DNA of 64,000 nt from Candidatus Muproteobacteria bacterium (lineage in GTDB: Bacteria > Pseudomonadota > Gammaproteobacteria > Acidiferrobacterales > SPGG2), in the NCBI GenBank assembly GCA_003251795.1, contig QKEI01000117.1, forward strand, positions 4,738-68,737. Direction: 5' to 3'. Under the pieces are notes generated by a model. That model saw only the letters and a list, made by a program, of their open reading frames with translations, was not told where the DNA came from and searched no databases. Position 1 is the stretch's first letter. The number at the start of each line of letters is the position of its first letter. Positions 40,377-50,993 of this stretch are shown here, one piece after another. The position numbers and the translations under genes were made by a program.

Positions 40377-41605
40377 TGCAGAAAGTGTTGGCCTGGATCG
40401 ATGTACGCTTTCCGCTCACCAAGGTGTGGGAAGAGCATCTGGCCAAGTATTATGCGCCCAGGAACTTCAACTTCTGGTATTACTTCGGCTCGCTGGCACT
40501 GTTGGTGCTGGTGATCCAAATCATCACTGGTATCGTGCTGGCTATGCACTATAAGCCGGATGCAAGACTGGCATTCGCCTCTGTCGAGTACATTATGCGC
40601 GACGTACCGTGGGGCTGGTTAATGCGCTACCTGCACTCCACCGGCGCCTCGGCATTCTTCGTCGTTGTGTACCTGCACATGTTTCGTGGCCTGTTGTACG
40701 GTTCGCATCGTAACCCGCGCGAGCTCATTTGGATAATCGGTATGTTGATCTTCATCGCGCTCATGGCAGAGTCGTTTATGGGTTACCTCTTGCCGTGGGG
40801 GAACATGTCCTACTGGGGGGCACAGGTCATCATTTCGCTGTTCGATGCTATTCCTTTAATAGGCCCGACGCTCGCCGAATGGATCCGTGGTGACTTCGTG
40901 GTCTCTGATGCGACGCTCAATCGATTCTTCTCTTTGCACGTGGCCGCTGTCCCGCTTGCCCTAGTAGGACTGGTGTACGTGCACATCGTCGCCCTGCACA
41001 AAGTGGGCTCGAACAATCCCGATGGCATAGACATCAAGAAACACAAGGGAGCGGATGGCGTGCCGCTCGATGGCATACCCTTTCACCCTTATTACACGGT
41101 CAAAGACATGGTCGGCGTAACCGTATTTCTTATGCTGTTTGCCGCGGTCATATTTTTTGCCCCGGAAATGGGTGGTTGGTTCCTGGAGCACGATAACTTT
41201 GTACCAGCGAATATTTTGCAAACACCACCGGAGATCAAGCCGTTGTGGTATTTCACGCCTTATTATTCGATTCTTCGTGCGAACACGGTCAATTTTTTGT
41301 GGATCCCAGCCAAGCTCTGGGGTGTGTTCTTTATGGGGTTGTCGCTGGTGCTGTTCTTTTTCTTACCGTGGCTCGATCGCTCGCCGGTCAAGTCTATTCG
41401 TTACCGTGGATGGATTTTCAAGACGGCGCTGACCGTTTTTGCCATTAGTTTCGTTACTCTGGGCTATGTCGGCACTAAGCCTCCCGAAGGTTTATACAAA
41501 ACGCTGGCGCAGGTCTGTACCGTGCTTTATTTCGCCTTTTTCTTTTTGATGCCTTGGTATACGAGGATCGACAAGATCAAGCCCGTACCAGACAGGGTGA
41601 CGTGA
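40373..41605 (+). CDS. petB: Cytochrome b
   Basis: GWLMRYLHSTGAS, YLHMFRG, SYWGAQVI and TLNRFFSLH. Qo motif variant KPLWY. Confidence 0.98.
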   Translation: MMQKVLAWIDVRFPLTKVWEEHLAKYYAPRNFNFWYYFGSLALLVLVIQIITGIVLAMHYKPDARLAFASVEYIMRDVPWGWLMRYLHSTGASAFFVVVYLHMFRGLLYGSHRNPRELIWIIGMLIFIALMAESFMGYLLPWGNMSYWGAQVIISLFDAIPLIGPTLAEWIRGDFVVSDATLNRFFSLHVAAVPLALVGLVYVHIVALHKVGSNNPDGIDIKKHKGADGVPLDGIPFHPYYTVKDMVGVTVFLMLFAAVIFFAPEMGGWFLEHDNFVPANILQTPPEIKPLWYFTPYYSILRANTVNFLWIPAKLWGVFFMGLSLVLFFFLPWLDRSPVKSIRYRGWIFKTALTVFAISFVTLGYVGTKPPEGLYKTLAQVCTVLYFAFFFLMPWYTRIDKIKPVPDRVT

Positions 41606-42337
41606 GTGAAGAGTGTCTTCTTGTTGTTCATACTAGCACTGATACCGACGTCGGTGCTTGCAACCGAAGCGTCTGGTATCAAGCTCGAACCGGTACAGAT
41701 AGACGTCAACGACAGGGCCTCATTGCAGCGGGGTGCCAGGCTGTTCGTCAACTATTGTCTGTCTTGTCATAGCGCGGCCTACATGCGTTACAACCGCATG
41801 GGACAAGACCTAGGCATTAGCAACGAAATGGTGGAGCAGAACCTGATGTTTGCTGCCGATAAAGTAGGTGAGCTGATGACAGTTAGCATGCCGGCCAAGG
41901 ACGCCAAGAAGTGGTTTGGCACCCCACCGCCGGATCTGACAGTGATCAGCCGTGCTCGCGGACCGCAATGGATCTACAATTATCTGCGCAGCTTCTACCG
42001 AGAAGAGAAGTGGCCTGGCCGCTGGAATAACGCGGTATTCCCCAACGTTGCTATGCCGCACGTGCTTTACGGACTGCAAGGGACTCAGCGCGCTGTGTTT
42101 GAGACTAGGGAGGATGGGACAAAGGTCATAGCTAAGTTCGAGATGCAGCAGCCAGGCACCATGGACAAAGCTGAGTACGATGCTGCCGTGCGCGACTTGA
42201 CTAATTTTTTAGTCTACTTGGGTGAGCCCGCGAAGCTGGTACGCTATCACCTTGGCTTATATGTCTTAGCCTTCCTCGTCATATTTTTCGTATTTGTTTA
42301 TCTTCTAAAGAAAGAATACTGGAAGGACGTGCACTAA
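41606..42337 (+). CDS. petC: Cytochrome c1
   Basis: SLQRGA, CLSCH, PPDL, MPHVL and a C-terminal TM helix ending EYWKDVH. Confidence 0.98.
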   Translation: MKSVFLLFILALIPTSVLATEASGIKLEPVQIDVNDRASLQRGARLFVNYCLSCHSAAYMRYNRMGQDLGISNEMVEQNLMFAADKVGELMTVSMPAKDAKKWFGTPPPDLTVISRARGPQWIYNYLRSFYREEKWPGRWNNAVFPNVAMPHVLYGLQGTQRAVFETREDGTKVIAKFEMQQPGTMDKAEYDAAVRDLTNFLVYLGEPAKLVRYHLGLYVLAFLVIFFVFVYLLKKEYWKDVH

Positions 42338-42361
42338 CGGGTGTTATTTGCTAGTCAAAAC

Positions 42362-42383
42362 AGGGGGCCTTCGCGCCCCTTTG
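42362..42383 (+). terminator. Hairpin after petC (weak terminator or attenuator)
   Basis: AGGGGGC-CTTCGC-GCCCCTT with only a short T tail. Confidence 0.5.
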
Positions 42384-42413
42384 CTACTTGAGCCCGTACT
42401 GGAGAAGCGTTTA

Positions 42414-43046
42414 ATGGCATCGCCTGTCAACCGTAAACCGATTATGACGTTGTACTCGGGGATAAACGATCCCTATAGCCACTGCACACGCATTGTGCTT
42501 TTTGAAAAGGATGTCGAATGCCGCATCGTCGAGGTGGATCCGAACAAGAAGCCGCGAGAGCTGGCTGACCTCAATCCGTACAACCAAGTACCGACCATCG
42601 TCGACCGTGACCTCGTGCTCTATGACTCTTTGATCATCAATGAGTACCTCGATGAGCGATTGCCGCATCCTCCGTTAATGCCAGTAGACCCGGTGTCGCG
42701 GGGACGCGCGCGGCTCATGCTTATGAGGTTCAACCAGGATTGGTATACGCTGCTGCCCACGCTGACAGGAGGCGAGCGTCGTGCCGCCACACGTGCACGT
42801 AACACGATACGCGACGGGCTTACGGTGATCTCACAGATCTTCAAGGAGCAGCCGTTCGTCCTAGGCGAAGAATTCTCGTTGGTCGATTGCTCGCTCGCAC
42901 CGATCTTGTGGCGCCTGGATTTCTACGGCATCAACTTGCCGCGACAGGCGAAGGCGATCTTGGATTATGCCGAGCGCGTGTTTGCGCGCAAATCTTTTCA
43001 GCAGAGCCTGACTGAAACCGAGACTGAGCTAAACGCCAAGAAGTGA
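42414..43046 (+). CDS. sspA: Stringent starvation protein A
   Basis: MTLYSG, LNPYNQVP and EYLDERLPHPPLMPVDP. Follows petC. Confidence 0.96.
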   Translation: MASPVNRKPIMTLYSGINDPYSHCTRIVLFEKDVECRIVEVDPNKKPRELADLNPYNQVPTIVDRDLVLYDSLIINEYLDERLPHPPLMPVDPVSRGRARLMLMRFNQDWYTLLPTLTGGERRAATRARNTIRDGLTVISQIFKEQPFVLGEEFSLVDCSLAPILWRLDFYGINLPRQAKAILDYAERVFARKSFQQSLTETETELNAKK

Positions 43047-43465
43047 CATCGCAGCTTGGGCGACTAATGACGCCGATTAAGCCCTTTTTGATCGACGCGG
43101 TACGCAATTGGGCGGTTGATAATGGTCTGACGCCGCAGCTTGTCGTGGATGCAAGCTTGCCAAGTGTCAACGTGCCGCGCGACTTTGTCGATAACGACCG
43201 TATCGTGCTCAACGTGCACCCGCGTGCCGTCCACGGCTACGGCCTGAATGGCGATTGTCTGGTGTTTTCAGCAAGATTCGCCGGCCACAGTCGGACCTTG
43301 GAGATTCCGCTGACGGCGGTGCGCGCTGTTTATGCGCGTGAAAACGGTCAGGGCGTATCTTTTCCCGACGACCCGAGGAAAACAAGCAGCTTGGCCGACG
43401 AAACACCAACCGATCCCGACTGCCCACCGCCAGGAAGTGGACCACGCCTACGCATCGTCAAATGA
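43043..43465 (+). CDS. sspB: ClpXP adaptor SspB
   Basis: [29 protein letters not shown] and C-terminal LRIVK. Confidence 0.96.
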   Translation: MTSQLGRLMTPIKPFLIDAVRNWAVDNGLTPQLVVDASLPSVNVPRDFVDNDRIVLNVHPRAVHGYGLNGDCLVFSARFAGHSRTLEIPLTAVRAVYARENGQGVSFPDDPRKTSSLADETPTDPDCPPPGSGPRLRIVK

Positions 43466-43502
43466 CCAGGCCGCCTTTGCTCTGTCTCCCAAGGGGGTGA
43501 TC

Positions 43503-44000
43503 ATGATTAAGGTTATCCGTGCCGATATCACTGGTCTGTCGTGCGATGTTATTGTCAATGCCGCTAATCAAGCCTTACGCGGTGGTGGCGGTGTCGATGG
43601 CGCAATACATCGTGCTGCCGGACCCAAGTTGTTGGAAGCTTGCCGCAAGATCGGCGGTTGCCCCACAGGTGAGGCGCGCATTACTCCTGGATTCAAACTA
43701 GCGGCCAAGTGGGTCATCCATACGGTCGGACCCGTCTGGCACGGTGGTGATCACGGCGAGGCAGCGTTGCTGGCGTCATGCTATCGCAACTCGCTCGAAT
43801 TGGCGCTGCACCAAGGCGCGCGCACCGTCGCTTTCCCGGGTATTAGCACGGGCGTTTACGGTTATCCCAAGGAGCAGGCATGCCGCATAGCGCTCGGCAT
43901 TATGCGCGAGTATGAAGATCGCTTCGACGGGATTATCTGTTGTTGCTTCAGTGACGAAGACAAGCGTATCTACGACGAGACCCTGTCGGCAACAGACTGA
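43503..44000 (+). CDS. ymdB: Macrodomain protein (YmdB-like O-acetyl-ADP-ribose deacetylase / ADP-ribosylhydrolase)
   Basis: [26 protein letters not shown] and [12 protein letters not shown]. Confidence 0.92.
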   Translation: MIKVIRADITGLSCDVIVNAANQALRGGGGVDGAIHRAAGPKLLEACRKIGGCPTGEARITPGFKLAAKWVIHTVGPVWHGGDHGEAALLASCYRNSLELALHQGARTVAFPGISTGVYGYPKEQACRIALGIMREYEDRFDGIICCCFSDEDKRIYDETLSATD

Positions 44001-45412
44001 AGCCCGTCTTGTCTATCAGCATCCGACTCGGGTGGGAACACCTTATCGGGGTTGAGAATACCGTTTGGGTCGAACTGCCTCTTGATGCATCGCATCAGCT
44101 CGAGTGTCACCGGATCGATCTCGCGATTGATGTAGTCACGTTTCTCGCGGCCGACACCATGTTCGCCGGAAAGCGTCCCGCCAAGTTCCAGCACCAGATC
44201 GAAGACCTGCGACAGACACGGGCGTGCCTTGCGCTCCTGCTCAGGGTCTTGTGAATCATACAGTAGGTTGACGTGCAGATTGCCGTTGCCCGCGTGGCCG
44301 AAGTTAACGATGGGAATGTTGGAGTCTCGACTCAGATGTTCCAACCCTTCAATCAGATCGGGAATGCGCGAAACGGGAACGACAACATCCTCGTTTAACT
44401 TATTGGGCGCGATCTTGCGCAACGCCGGCGACAACGCTCCACGTATGGCCCACAGCGCCTCTACTTCCTCCAGTGTTGTTGCTACCGTGAACTGCATTAG
44501 TCCAGCACCAGAGGTTGCGACGCGCATCGCGTCGACAGCCGCCTGCATTGCTACTTCGGGGCCATCTACCTCTATCATCAGTAACGCGCCGGCATTCTGT
44601 GGCAACTCGACCCGGGCATGGTCCCGAATCATGTCGATCGACGCGCCATCGATAAACTCCAGCGCGCAAGGAACAATTGGTTGTGCCATGATGCGAGACA
44701 CAGCCGCCGCGGAATCGCGGACCGTGGCGTAGATTGCCTGTAGCGTGCGTTTAGCCTCGGGGCGCGGGGTAAGCTTCAGTGTCGCCTCAGTGACGATCGC
44801 CAGTGTGCCTTCGGAGCCAATAATCAGGCGGGTCAGGTCATAACCAACGACACCCTTGGTGGTATAAACACCAGTGTGGATCTCATCGCCGGCGCCAGTT
44901 ACGGCTCTTAAGCCGAGCACGTTGTCGCGGGTCGTCCCGTACTTCACAGCGCGCGGGCCCGCAGCATTTAGCGCGAGATTACCACCAACGGTACAGAACG
45001 GGCTGCTCGTCGGGTCCGGCGGCCAGAAGAAGCCGTGCTCGGCAGCGAGCGCTTGTACCGTCTGGTTGATCACACCGGGTTCCACCCGCATGACCCGATT
45101 GGCGGGATCGATGTCGATTATGCGATCCATGCGCTCGAGCGATAACACCAGTCCGCCGCGCAACGGGATAGCGCTGCCGGTGGTACCGGTACCGCGTCCG
45201 CGCACGACCAATGGCACACGATGACGATTGCACAAGCGCACACTCTCAGTCACCTGCTCTTGCTTGACGGCAAAGGCCACCACATCCGGTTCGCTATGTT
45301 TACGCGAGTTATCGTAGCCGTAAGTCCAACGGTCGGCCGGATCAGTCAGCACGTTGGCGGCACCGACAATTTCCTGCAGCCGGGCGGTAAATTCGCCGCT
45401 AATCTCAGGCAT
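43970..45412 (-). CDS. FAD-linked oxidase (GlcD/D-lactate dehydrogenase-like)
   Basis: [37 protein letters not shown] and GEHGVG. Confidence 0.92.
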   Translation of the reverse strand: MPEISGEFTARLQEIVGAANVLTDPADRWTYGYDNSRKHSEPDVVAFAVKQEQVTESVRLCNRHRVPLVVRGRGTGTTGSAIPLRGGLVLSLERMDRIIDIDPANRVMRVEPGVINQTVQALAAEHGFFWPPDPTSSPFCTVGGNLALNAAGPRAVKYGTTRDNVLGLRAVTGAGDEIHTGVYTTKGVVGYDLTRLIIGSEGTLAIVTEATLKLTPRPEAKRTLQAIYATVRDSAAAVSRIMAQPIVPCALEFIDGASIDMIRDHARVELPQNAGALLMIEVDGPEVAMQAAVDAMRVATSGAGLMQFTVATTLEEVEALWAIRGALSPALRKIAPNKLNEDVVVPVSRIPDLIEGLEHLSRDSNIPIVNFGHAGNGNLHVNLLYDSQDPEQERKARPCLSQVFDLVLELGGTLSGEHGVGREKRDYINREIDPVTLELMRCIKRQFDPNGILNPDKVFPPESDADRQDGLQSVADRVSS

Positions 45413-45917
45413 GTTCGCGGATGCGTCTTATGAGCTCGGTGGTGGAGCGCGGATAGCGTACGGCGATGGAGTGCACCTGCCCGCCGTAAGACGACACGAA
45501 ATCAGCGCCAACGATATTGCCCGGCTCCCAGTCACCGCCCTTTACCAAATACTCGGGACGCACAGCCTTGATGAGCTCGAGCGGGGTATCGCTGTCAAAG
45601 GATACTACCAGTGAAACGCACGCCAGTGCCGCTAACAGTGCCATACGATCTTCCAATGAATTGATCGGACGTCCCGCCTCTTTGTTGAGACGTCTGACCG
45701 AGGCATCGCTGTTGACCGCCACCAACAGACTCGCACCGAGTGTTGCCGCTTCTTCCAGGTAGGCGACGTGCCCACGATGCAGGATGTCGAAACAGCCGTT
45801 GGTAAAGACCAACGGGCGCGCCAGCGCGGCCACCCTGTCGGCGAGCTGTTCGTGGCGCTGAACAATCTTCTGTTCGCTCCCTTTCAACCTGCGCACTCGC
45901 AGCGGCTCGCACCGCAC
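45405..45917 (-). CDS. rfaE2: Heptose 1-phosphate adenylyltransferase (stand-alone RfaE domain II)
   Basis: VFTNGCFDILHRGH, NSDASV, RPIN, LVKGGD and STT. Confidence 0.94.
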   Translation of the reverse strand: MRCEPLRVRRLKGSEQKIVQRHEQLADRVAALARPLVFTNGCFDILHRGHVAYLEEAATLGASLLVAVNSDASVRRLNKEAGRPINSLEDRMALLAALACVSLVVSFDSDTPLELIKAVRPEYLVKGGDWEPGNIVGADFVSSYGGQVHSIAVRYPRSTTELIRRIREHA

Positions 45918-45924
45918 ACCGACA

Positions 45925-46539
<615 letters not shown>

Positions 46540-46553
46540 TCACCTGAGCGTTG

Positions 46554-46946
46554 CTAGAAGGCATTCTGCAGCCATTGTATGCGCTCCTCGTGGGCGCCGC
46601 CGCTGACAGCCACTACGTCGAACCGGCAGGGTTTTCTCGCAGCGCTTTTGTGCCTTTGCAAATAGTGTGCGGCCGTGGCGCGCAATTTCGCTTGCTTGCG
46701 CAGATCGATAGTCTCTGCCGGTGCGCCATATTCCTGTGAGCGACGGTAACGCACTTCCACGAAGACGACCGTCTGTTGGTGTTGCATGATCAGGTCTATC
46801 TCCCCGAACGGCGTACGGTAATTGCGTTCGATCAGCGTGAGGCCGTGGCGACCGAGGTGCTCGCAGGCGCGGTTCTCGGCGTCACGACCTTGGCGCAGGT
46901 GAGCGGGCTGCTTTTGCGTTATTGCCACTTTGCTGGGGTGGGCCAC
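46554..46946 (-). CDS. yraN: YraN family putative endonuclease
   Basis: GEIDLIM, VFVEVRYR and CRFDVV. Start uncertain. Confidence 0.95.
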   Translation of the reverse strand: MAHPSKVAITQKQPAHLRQGRDAENRACEHLGRHGLTLIERNYRTPFGEIDLIMQHQQTVVFVEVRYRRSQEYGAPAETIDLRKQAKLRATAAHYLQRHKSAARKPCRFDVVAVSGGAHEERIQWLQNAF

Positions 46947-48831
46947 CGTAGTTGATGAATGTGTCTAACAGCTCAGGTACACCGTTCGTGAACTTGGCCC
47001 ATACCAGTTGGCGGTGCAAGCGTCCGTCGCGCCCGAGACTAAGACTGCTGGTGACGCCATTAAAACGCACGGCGTTCTCTGAACTGATCCAATTGAGATA
47101 GGGAATAATGGCATAACTGTCCACGCCCAGCGCGAACAACCGATCGAGCTGAGTGTGCGCATAGCGCCAGTTGCCCTGTAGCGCCTCGCGCATTTGTTGG
47201 ATCTTGCCGTCGCTGATCAACATCCATGGCATGTCGCCGAACATTACGCCGTCTAGGTCAGTGTCACGCACCTGGTCCGGTTTGCCGCTGAAAATGTCAG
47301 AGGTGGCATAGACTGGAATATTTAATGCGTGGTGGTAGTTGAGCTGGGGCTTGATCAGGCGGCCGCTTTTCGCATCGGCAGCGAGGAAAATAAAATCGAT
47401 GTCTTCCCGACGCCGCTCTTCGAACTCCAGTTTCGTTCCCAGCTTGGCCTCGAGTGTGCGTTTGCGCGCCTCGCTTTGCGAGATATTAAGCAGGCGTTTG
47501 ATCGCCTGCGAATGGTCGTTTTGGCTAGGATCGTAGGCGGCGGAAGTGAGCAGGATCCCACCAAGTTGCTGCCAATGGCTGGCGAAGGCCGTATACATTC
47601 GTTTGCCCCAGCTGGTATCGGGGTAGAGCACTGCTGCCTGCCGGTGTCCATCCAGGTAAGCGCGCTCCGCCGCCTGGGCGGCTTCCTGCTCCGGCGGCAA
47701 CCCGAATTGAAACACATACCCCGGTAACGGTTCCTGATTATCTTGCGTGTGACTCAGTAACAGCGCCGGCACGGTGAGCGTCGTCCGCTTGACTAACTGT
47801 TCTACGGCCTCCCGACCAAGCGGACCGATAATGAGTTGGGCGCCGTCACGCACGGCTTGATCATAGAACTCGGGAACACGCTCGTAGTTCGAGCCGATAT
47901 CATAGACCTTGATTACTGCTTTGTCGGGATCGGTGTTGGCCGCGTCCATTGCCTGTATCCCGGCCAGCAGTGCCTCTGCTGCCACCTTGTAGTTCGAGCT
48001 GAGTGGCACCAGTACCGCAATACGTTCTATGCGACCGATGAGCCCAGGCTTGGCGCTTGCTAACGTCTGCAGCAATGACGCGCTCGCCGGATGCCCCACA
48101 TGCGTTCTTTTCCAAACGCTGATTGACTTTGCGAGCAATGCCGGTCTGCCGGTATTTTCGACGACGGCGATTGCTAGCTCGAGCCAACCCGCCAAGATAG
48201 GGTCACTGGTCGTTTGCAGCTCTCGCTTTAAGGTGGCGCGCGGTAATGAACTGAGAATCTTCCAGAGCTGTAGCTGATTATCGGCCACCACTTCCGGTGT
48301 GACGATATATTGCTCCCGAGCAATGAGATTCTTGCTGGCACCGATCGGATCGCCCAGGGCCAGTTCGGCATCGGCGCGCACACGATATATTTCCGCCAGC
48401 AGCCCCGGGCTTAGGTTGCGCATGCGTTGAGCTTCGCCCAGCAGGTGCAGTGCCTCATCGTAAGTACCGGACTGCGACGCGATCTGTGCTTGCAGCACGA
48501 GTTTGCGCGCTTGCACGATCGGTTCCATCCCGGTGGTATCGATCTGCTGAATGTACTGACGGGCCTCGTGAATCTGACCGGCTTTGAGCAGCGTTTCCAC
48601 TGCCTTCAACTGCAGGGCCACCTTTTCCGCTGTCGCCGCGTGTTCAGCGGCGCGTTGATACTCCTGTGCAGCGCGCACATACTCGCCGCTACGCTCTGCT
48701 TGCTCTGCTGATTTCGGAGTGGCGCGCTCTGTCGGCCTACCGGTAGGGGTCGTAGCACAGGATTGCATTAGCAAGGCGCCAGTGAACAGCAGCGCACAAG
48801 CGAGCGCATTTGTGGGAACAATCATTCTCAT
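46882..48831 (-). CDS. lpoA: PBP1A activator lipoprotein LpoA
   Basis: Lipoprotein signal ending in Cys (LMQSC), TPR-like N region, GWLELA, IAVLVPLS, IIGPL, FGLPPEQEA and RLFALGVD. Confidence 0.93.
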   Translation of the reverse strand: MRMIVPTNALACALLFTGALLMQSCATTPTGRPTERATPKSAEQAERSGEYVRAAQEYQRAAEHAATAEKVALQLKAVETLLKAGQIHEARQYIQQIDTTGMEPIVQARKLVLQAQIASQSGTYDEALHLLGEAQRMRNLSPGLLAEIYRVRADAELALGDPIGASKNLIAREQYIVTPEVVADNQLQLWKILSSLPRATLKRELQTTSDPILAGWLELAIAVVENTGRPALLAKSISVWKRTHVGHPASASLLQTLASAKPGLIGRIERIAVLVPLSSNYKVAAEALLAGIQAMDAANTDPDKAVIKVYDIGSNYERVPEFYDQAVRDGAQLIIGPLGREAVEQLVKRTTLTVPALLLSHTQDNQEPLPGYVFQFGLPPEQEAAQAAERAYLDGHRQAAVLYPDTSWGKRMYTAFASHWQQLGGILLTSAAYDPSQNDHSQAIKRLLNISQSEARKRTLEAKLGTKLEFEERRREDIDFIFLAADAKSGRLIKPQLNYHHALNIPVYATSDIFSGKPDQVRDTDLDGVMFGDMPWMLISDGKIQQMREALQGNWRYAHTQLDRLFALGVDSYAIIPYLNWISSENAVRFNGVTSSLSLGRDGRLHRQLVWAKFTNGVPELLDTFINYGGPPQQSGNNAKAARSPAPRS

Positions 48832-48873
48832 GATAAATGCTATCGATAAAAAGTATCTAGAGCAGGTATATGC

Positions 48874-49734
48874 ATGTCAAACGACACAGGTACGTTGTAC
48901 ATTGTCGCTACGCCTATCGGCAATCTCGAAGATATCAGCTATCGCGCAGTGCGTTTGCTGGCGGCTGTCGACCTGATCGCCGCCGAGGATACGCGCCACA
49001 GCCGCAAGCTGTTGCAGCATTATGCTATATCGACGCGCCTAACATCGCTGCACGAGCACAACGAACGCAGCAAGGCCGCGACGCTGGTGCGCTTATTGCT
49101 AGCCGGTAAGTGTATCGCACTGATCAGTGATGCAGGTACACCGCTAATCAGTGACCCTGGCCTATATTTTGTGCGAGCGGCGCAACTGGCTGGCGTGCAC
49201 GTGGTGCCGGTACCAGGACCATGTGCCGCCATTGCCGCGTTATCGGTCGCTGGCTTACCCAGCGACCGCTTTAGCTTTGAAGGGTTCCCCCCGAATCGGG
49301 CCGCCGCGCGCGCCGCTTTTCTGCGACAGCTGAGCCGAGAACCGCGCACCCTGATTTTCTTTGAGTCACCCCACCGTATTGTGCGGTCGCTTGAGGCTAT
49401 GGTAGCGGCGTTTGGCGGTGAACGACCGGCTGCGTTGGCGCGTGAACTGACCAAGGTGTTCGAGACGATCCGCCGTTCCACACTCGGGGAGTTACGCGAG
49501 TGGGTTCGGCAACAACCGGTCAGCGCTGTTGCCGGGGAGTTTGTCGTGTTAGTGCAGGGGGTGCCTGCTAAGGCGCCTGCGGTTGATGTTGACGAGGCGC
49601 AGCGGGTACTGCGTGTGCTGCTCGCTAATCTACCACTGAAGCAGGCGGTAGCGTTGACAGCGCAGATCACCGGCCACAAGCGCCGTGCGCTGTACCAAGA
49701 AGCCCTGGCGTTACGTGCTGGTAAGTTGAGCTGA
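48874..49734 (+). CDS. rsmI: 16S rRNA C1402 2'-O-methyltransferase
   Basis: YIVATPIGNLED, AAEDTR, SDAGTPLISDPG and RELTK. Confidence 0.99.
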   Translation: MSNDTGTLYIVATPIGNLEDISYRAVRLLAAVDLIAAEDTRHSRKLLQHYAISTRLTSLHEHNERSKAATLVRLLLAGKCIALISDAGTPLISDPGLYFVRAAQLAGVHVVPVPGPCAAIAALSVAGLPSDRFSFEGFPPNRAAARAAFLRQLSREPRTLIFFESPHRIVRSLEAMVAAFGGERPAALARELTKVFETIRRSTLGELREWVRQQPVSAVAGEFVVLVQGVPAKAPAVDVDEAQRVLRVLLANLPLKQAVALTAQITGHKRRALYQEALALRAGKLS

Positions 49735-49758
49735 GTCACCGCCGATGGACCCTTTCAC

Positions 49759-49767
49759 TGGTATACT
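49759..49767 (+). promoter_or_regulatory. Extended -10 promoter of rnpB
   Basis: TG-G-TATACT just upstream of the P1 5' strand. Confidence 0.65.
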
Positions 49768-49770
49768 GTT

Positions 49771-50175
49771 GGCGGGAGTCGGCCAGACAGTCGCTGCCCC
49801 CGACTATCTCCAGGTACAGCATCGCCCCGTGGGTGCGGGTTGTTTCTGGGGATAGCCGTGGGGGAGAGGAAAGTCCGGGCTCCATAGGGCAAGGTGCCAG
49901 GTAACGCCTGGGGGGCGCGAGCCCACGGAAAGTGCCACAGAAAATATACCGCCCCGCGAGTCATCTCGGGGTAAGGGTGAAAAGGTGCGGTAAGAGCGCA
50001 CCGCGCTGGTGGTAACACTGGCGGCAGGGTAAACCCCACCCGGAGCAAGGCCAAATAGGGGAACATTGGCGTGGCCCACGCCGTTCCCGGGTAGGCCGCT
50101 TGAGGCGCGCGGCGACGTGTGCCCTAGATGAATGGCTGTCCGCGACAGAACCCGGCTTATAGGCCGGCTCCCGCC
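49771..50175 (+). ncRNA. rnpB: RNase P RNA, type A
   Basis: GAGGAAAGTCC at 49866 and ACAGAACCCGGCTTA at 50145. P1 pairing GGCGGGAGTCGGCC/GGCCGGCTCCCGCC. rsmI-rnpB-mraZ synteny. Confidence 0.98.
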
Positions 50176-50324
50176 TTTTCTGAGGGCGTTACGCTCTCAT
50201 CCCGCGAAGCTTGTGGATCCTGCTGTGGCCGTGCAGCTCTAAGCCGGGCCGGCAGCCGCTCATCGTCGATTTCTAAGCGCCTGTCGCTAAAAGGAAAAGC
50301 CTGGTCAAACACGGAAAATCTTGC

Positions 50325-50354
50325 TTGACAGTGCCAAAACAACCTAACTATAGT
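50325..50354 (+). promoter_or_regulatory. dcw (mraZ) sigma70 promoter
   Basis: TTGACA-N18-TATAGT. Confidence 0.8.
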
Positions 50355-50388
50355 GTCGGATAGTGGGAAATTGTGGATATTTGTGGGA
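50353..50388 (+). promoter_or_regulatory. MraZ-binding repeats
   Basis: GTGTCG, GTGGGA, GTGGAT and GTGGGA at exact 10-bp spacing (50353, 50363, 50373, 50383), matching the known MraZ operator architecture. Confidence 0.85.
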
Positions 50389-50433
50389 TCAACCCAACGC
50401 TAAACACGCAAACGGCAGCGCTAAATAAGCAAA

Positions 50434-50886
50434 ATGTTCCGCGGCCTCGCCAGCTTGAATCTGGACAGCAAGGGGCGCATGGCGATCCCGACGCGTTACC
50501 GGGAGCAGCTGTTGCGCCACTGTAACGGCCAAATGGTTGTGACGGTAGACCGCGACCATTGTCTGCTGCTCTATACATTGCCCGATTGGGAAGAAATCGA
50601 ACGCAAGTTGGTGCGCCTGCCGAGCTTTAACAGGCAAGCGCGGCGCATGCAGCGACTATTGATTGGCCACGCCACCGAGTGCGAGATGGATGGCAACGGA
50701 CGTATTTTATTGCCACCGGCGCTGCGTGAATTCGCCGGCCTTGACAAGGCCGTCGTGCTCATCGGGCAAGGCAATAAATTCGAGGTATGGGCCGACGAGA
50801 AGTGGACGGCCCGGCGGTCCGAGTGGCTAACCGAGCCCGATGACAGCGGAGAGCTTCCAGATGAGCTGGGTTCGTTGTCGCTCTAG
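50434..50886 (+). CDS. mraZ: Transcriptional regulator MraZ
   Basis: MFRG, LDSKGRMAIP and MDGNGRILLP. Confidence 0.99.
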   Translation: MFRGLASLNLDSKGRMAIPTRYREQLLRHCNGQMVVTVDRDHCLLLYTLPDWEEIERKLVRLPSFNRQARRMQRLLIGHATECEMDGNGRILLPPALREFAGLDKAVVLIGQGNKFEVWADEKWTARRSEWLTEPDDSGELPDELGSLSL

Positions 50887-50993
50887 TCCGCAGTCGCTCA
50901 AATGGCCGTCCGGGCGATCGGTTCGCCCTATTGAAAGGACCGAGGGAAAGATCGCGTCCAAGCGCACATGGGAAGTCTTACGTGCACCAACCA

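Noticed and set aside
49755-50079. Two minus-strand ORFs of about 100 aa
   Set aside because: They are antisense to RNase P RNA, a well-known source of spurious ORFs.
50353-50388. 10-bp periodic repeats as a novel element or mini-CRISPR
   Set aside because: Fully explained as the known MraZ operator.
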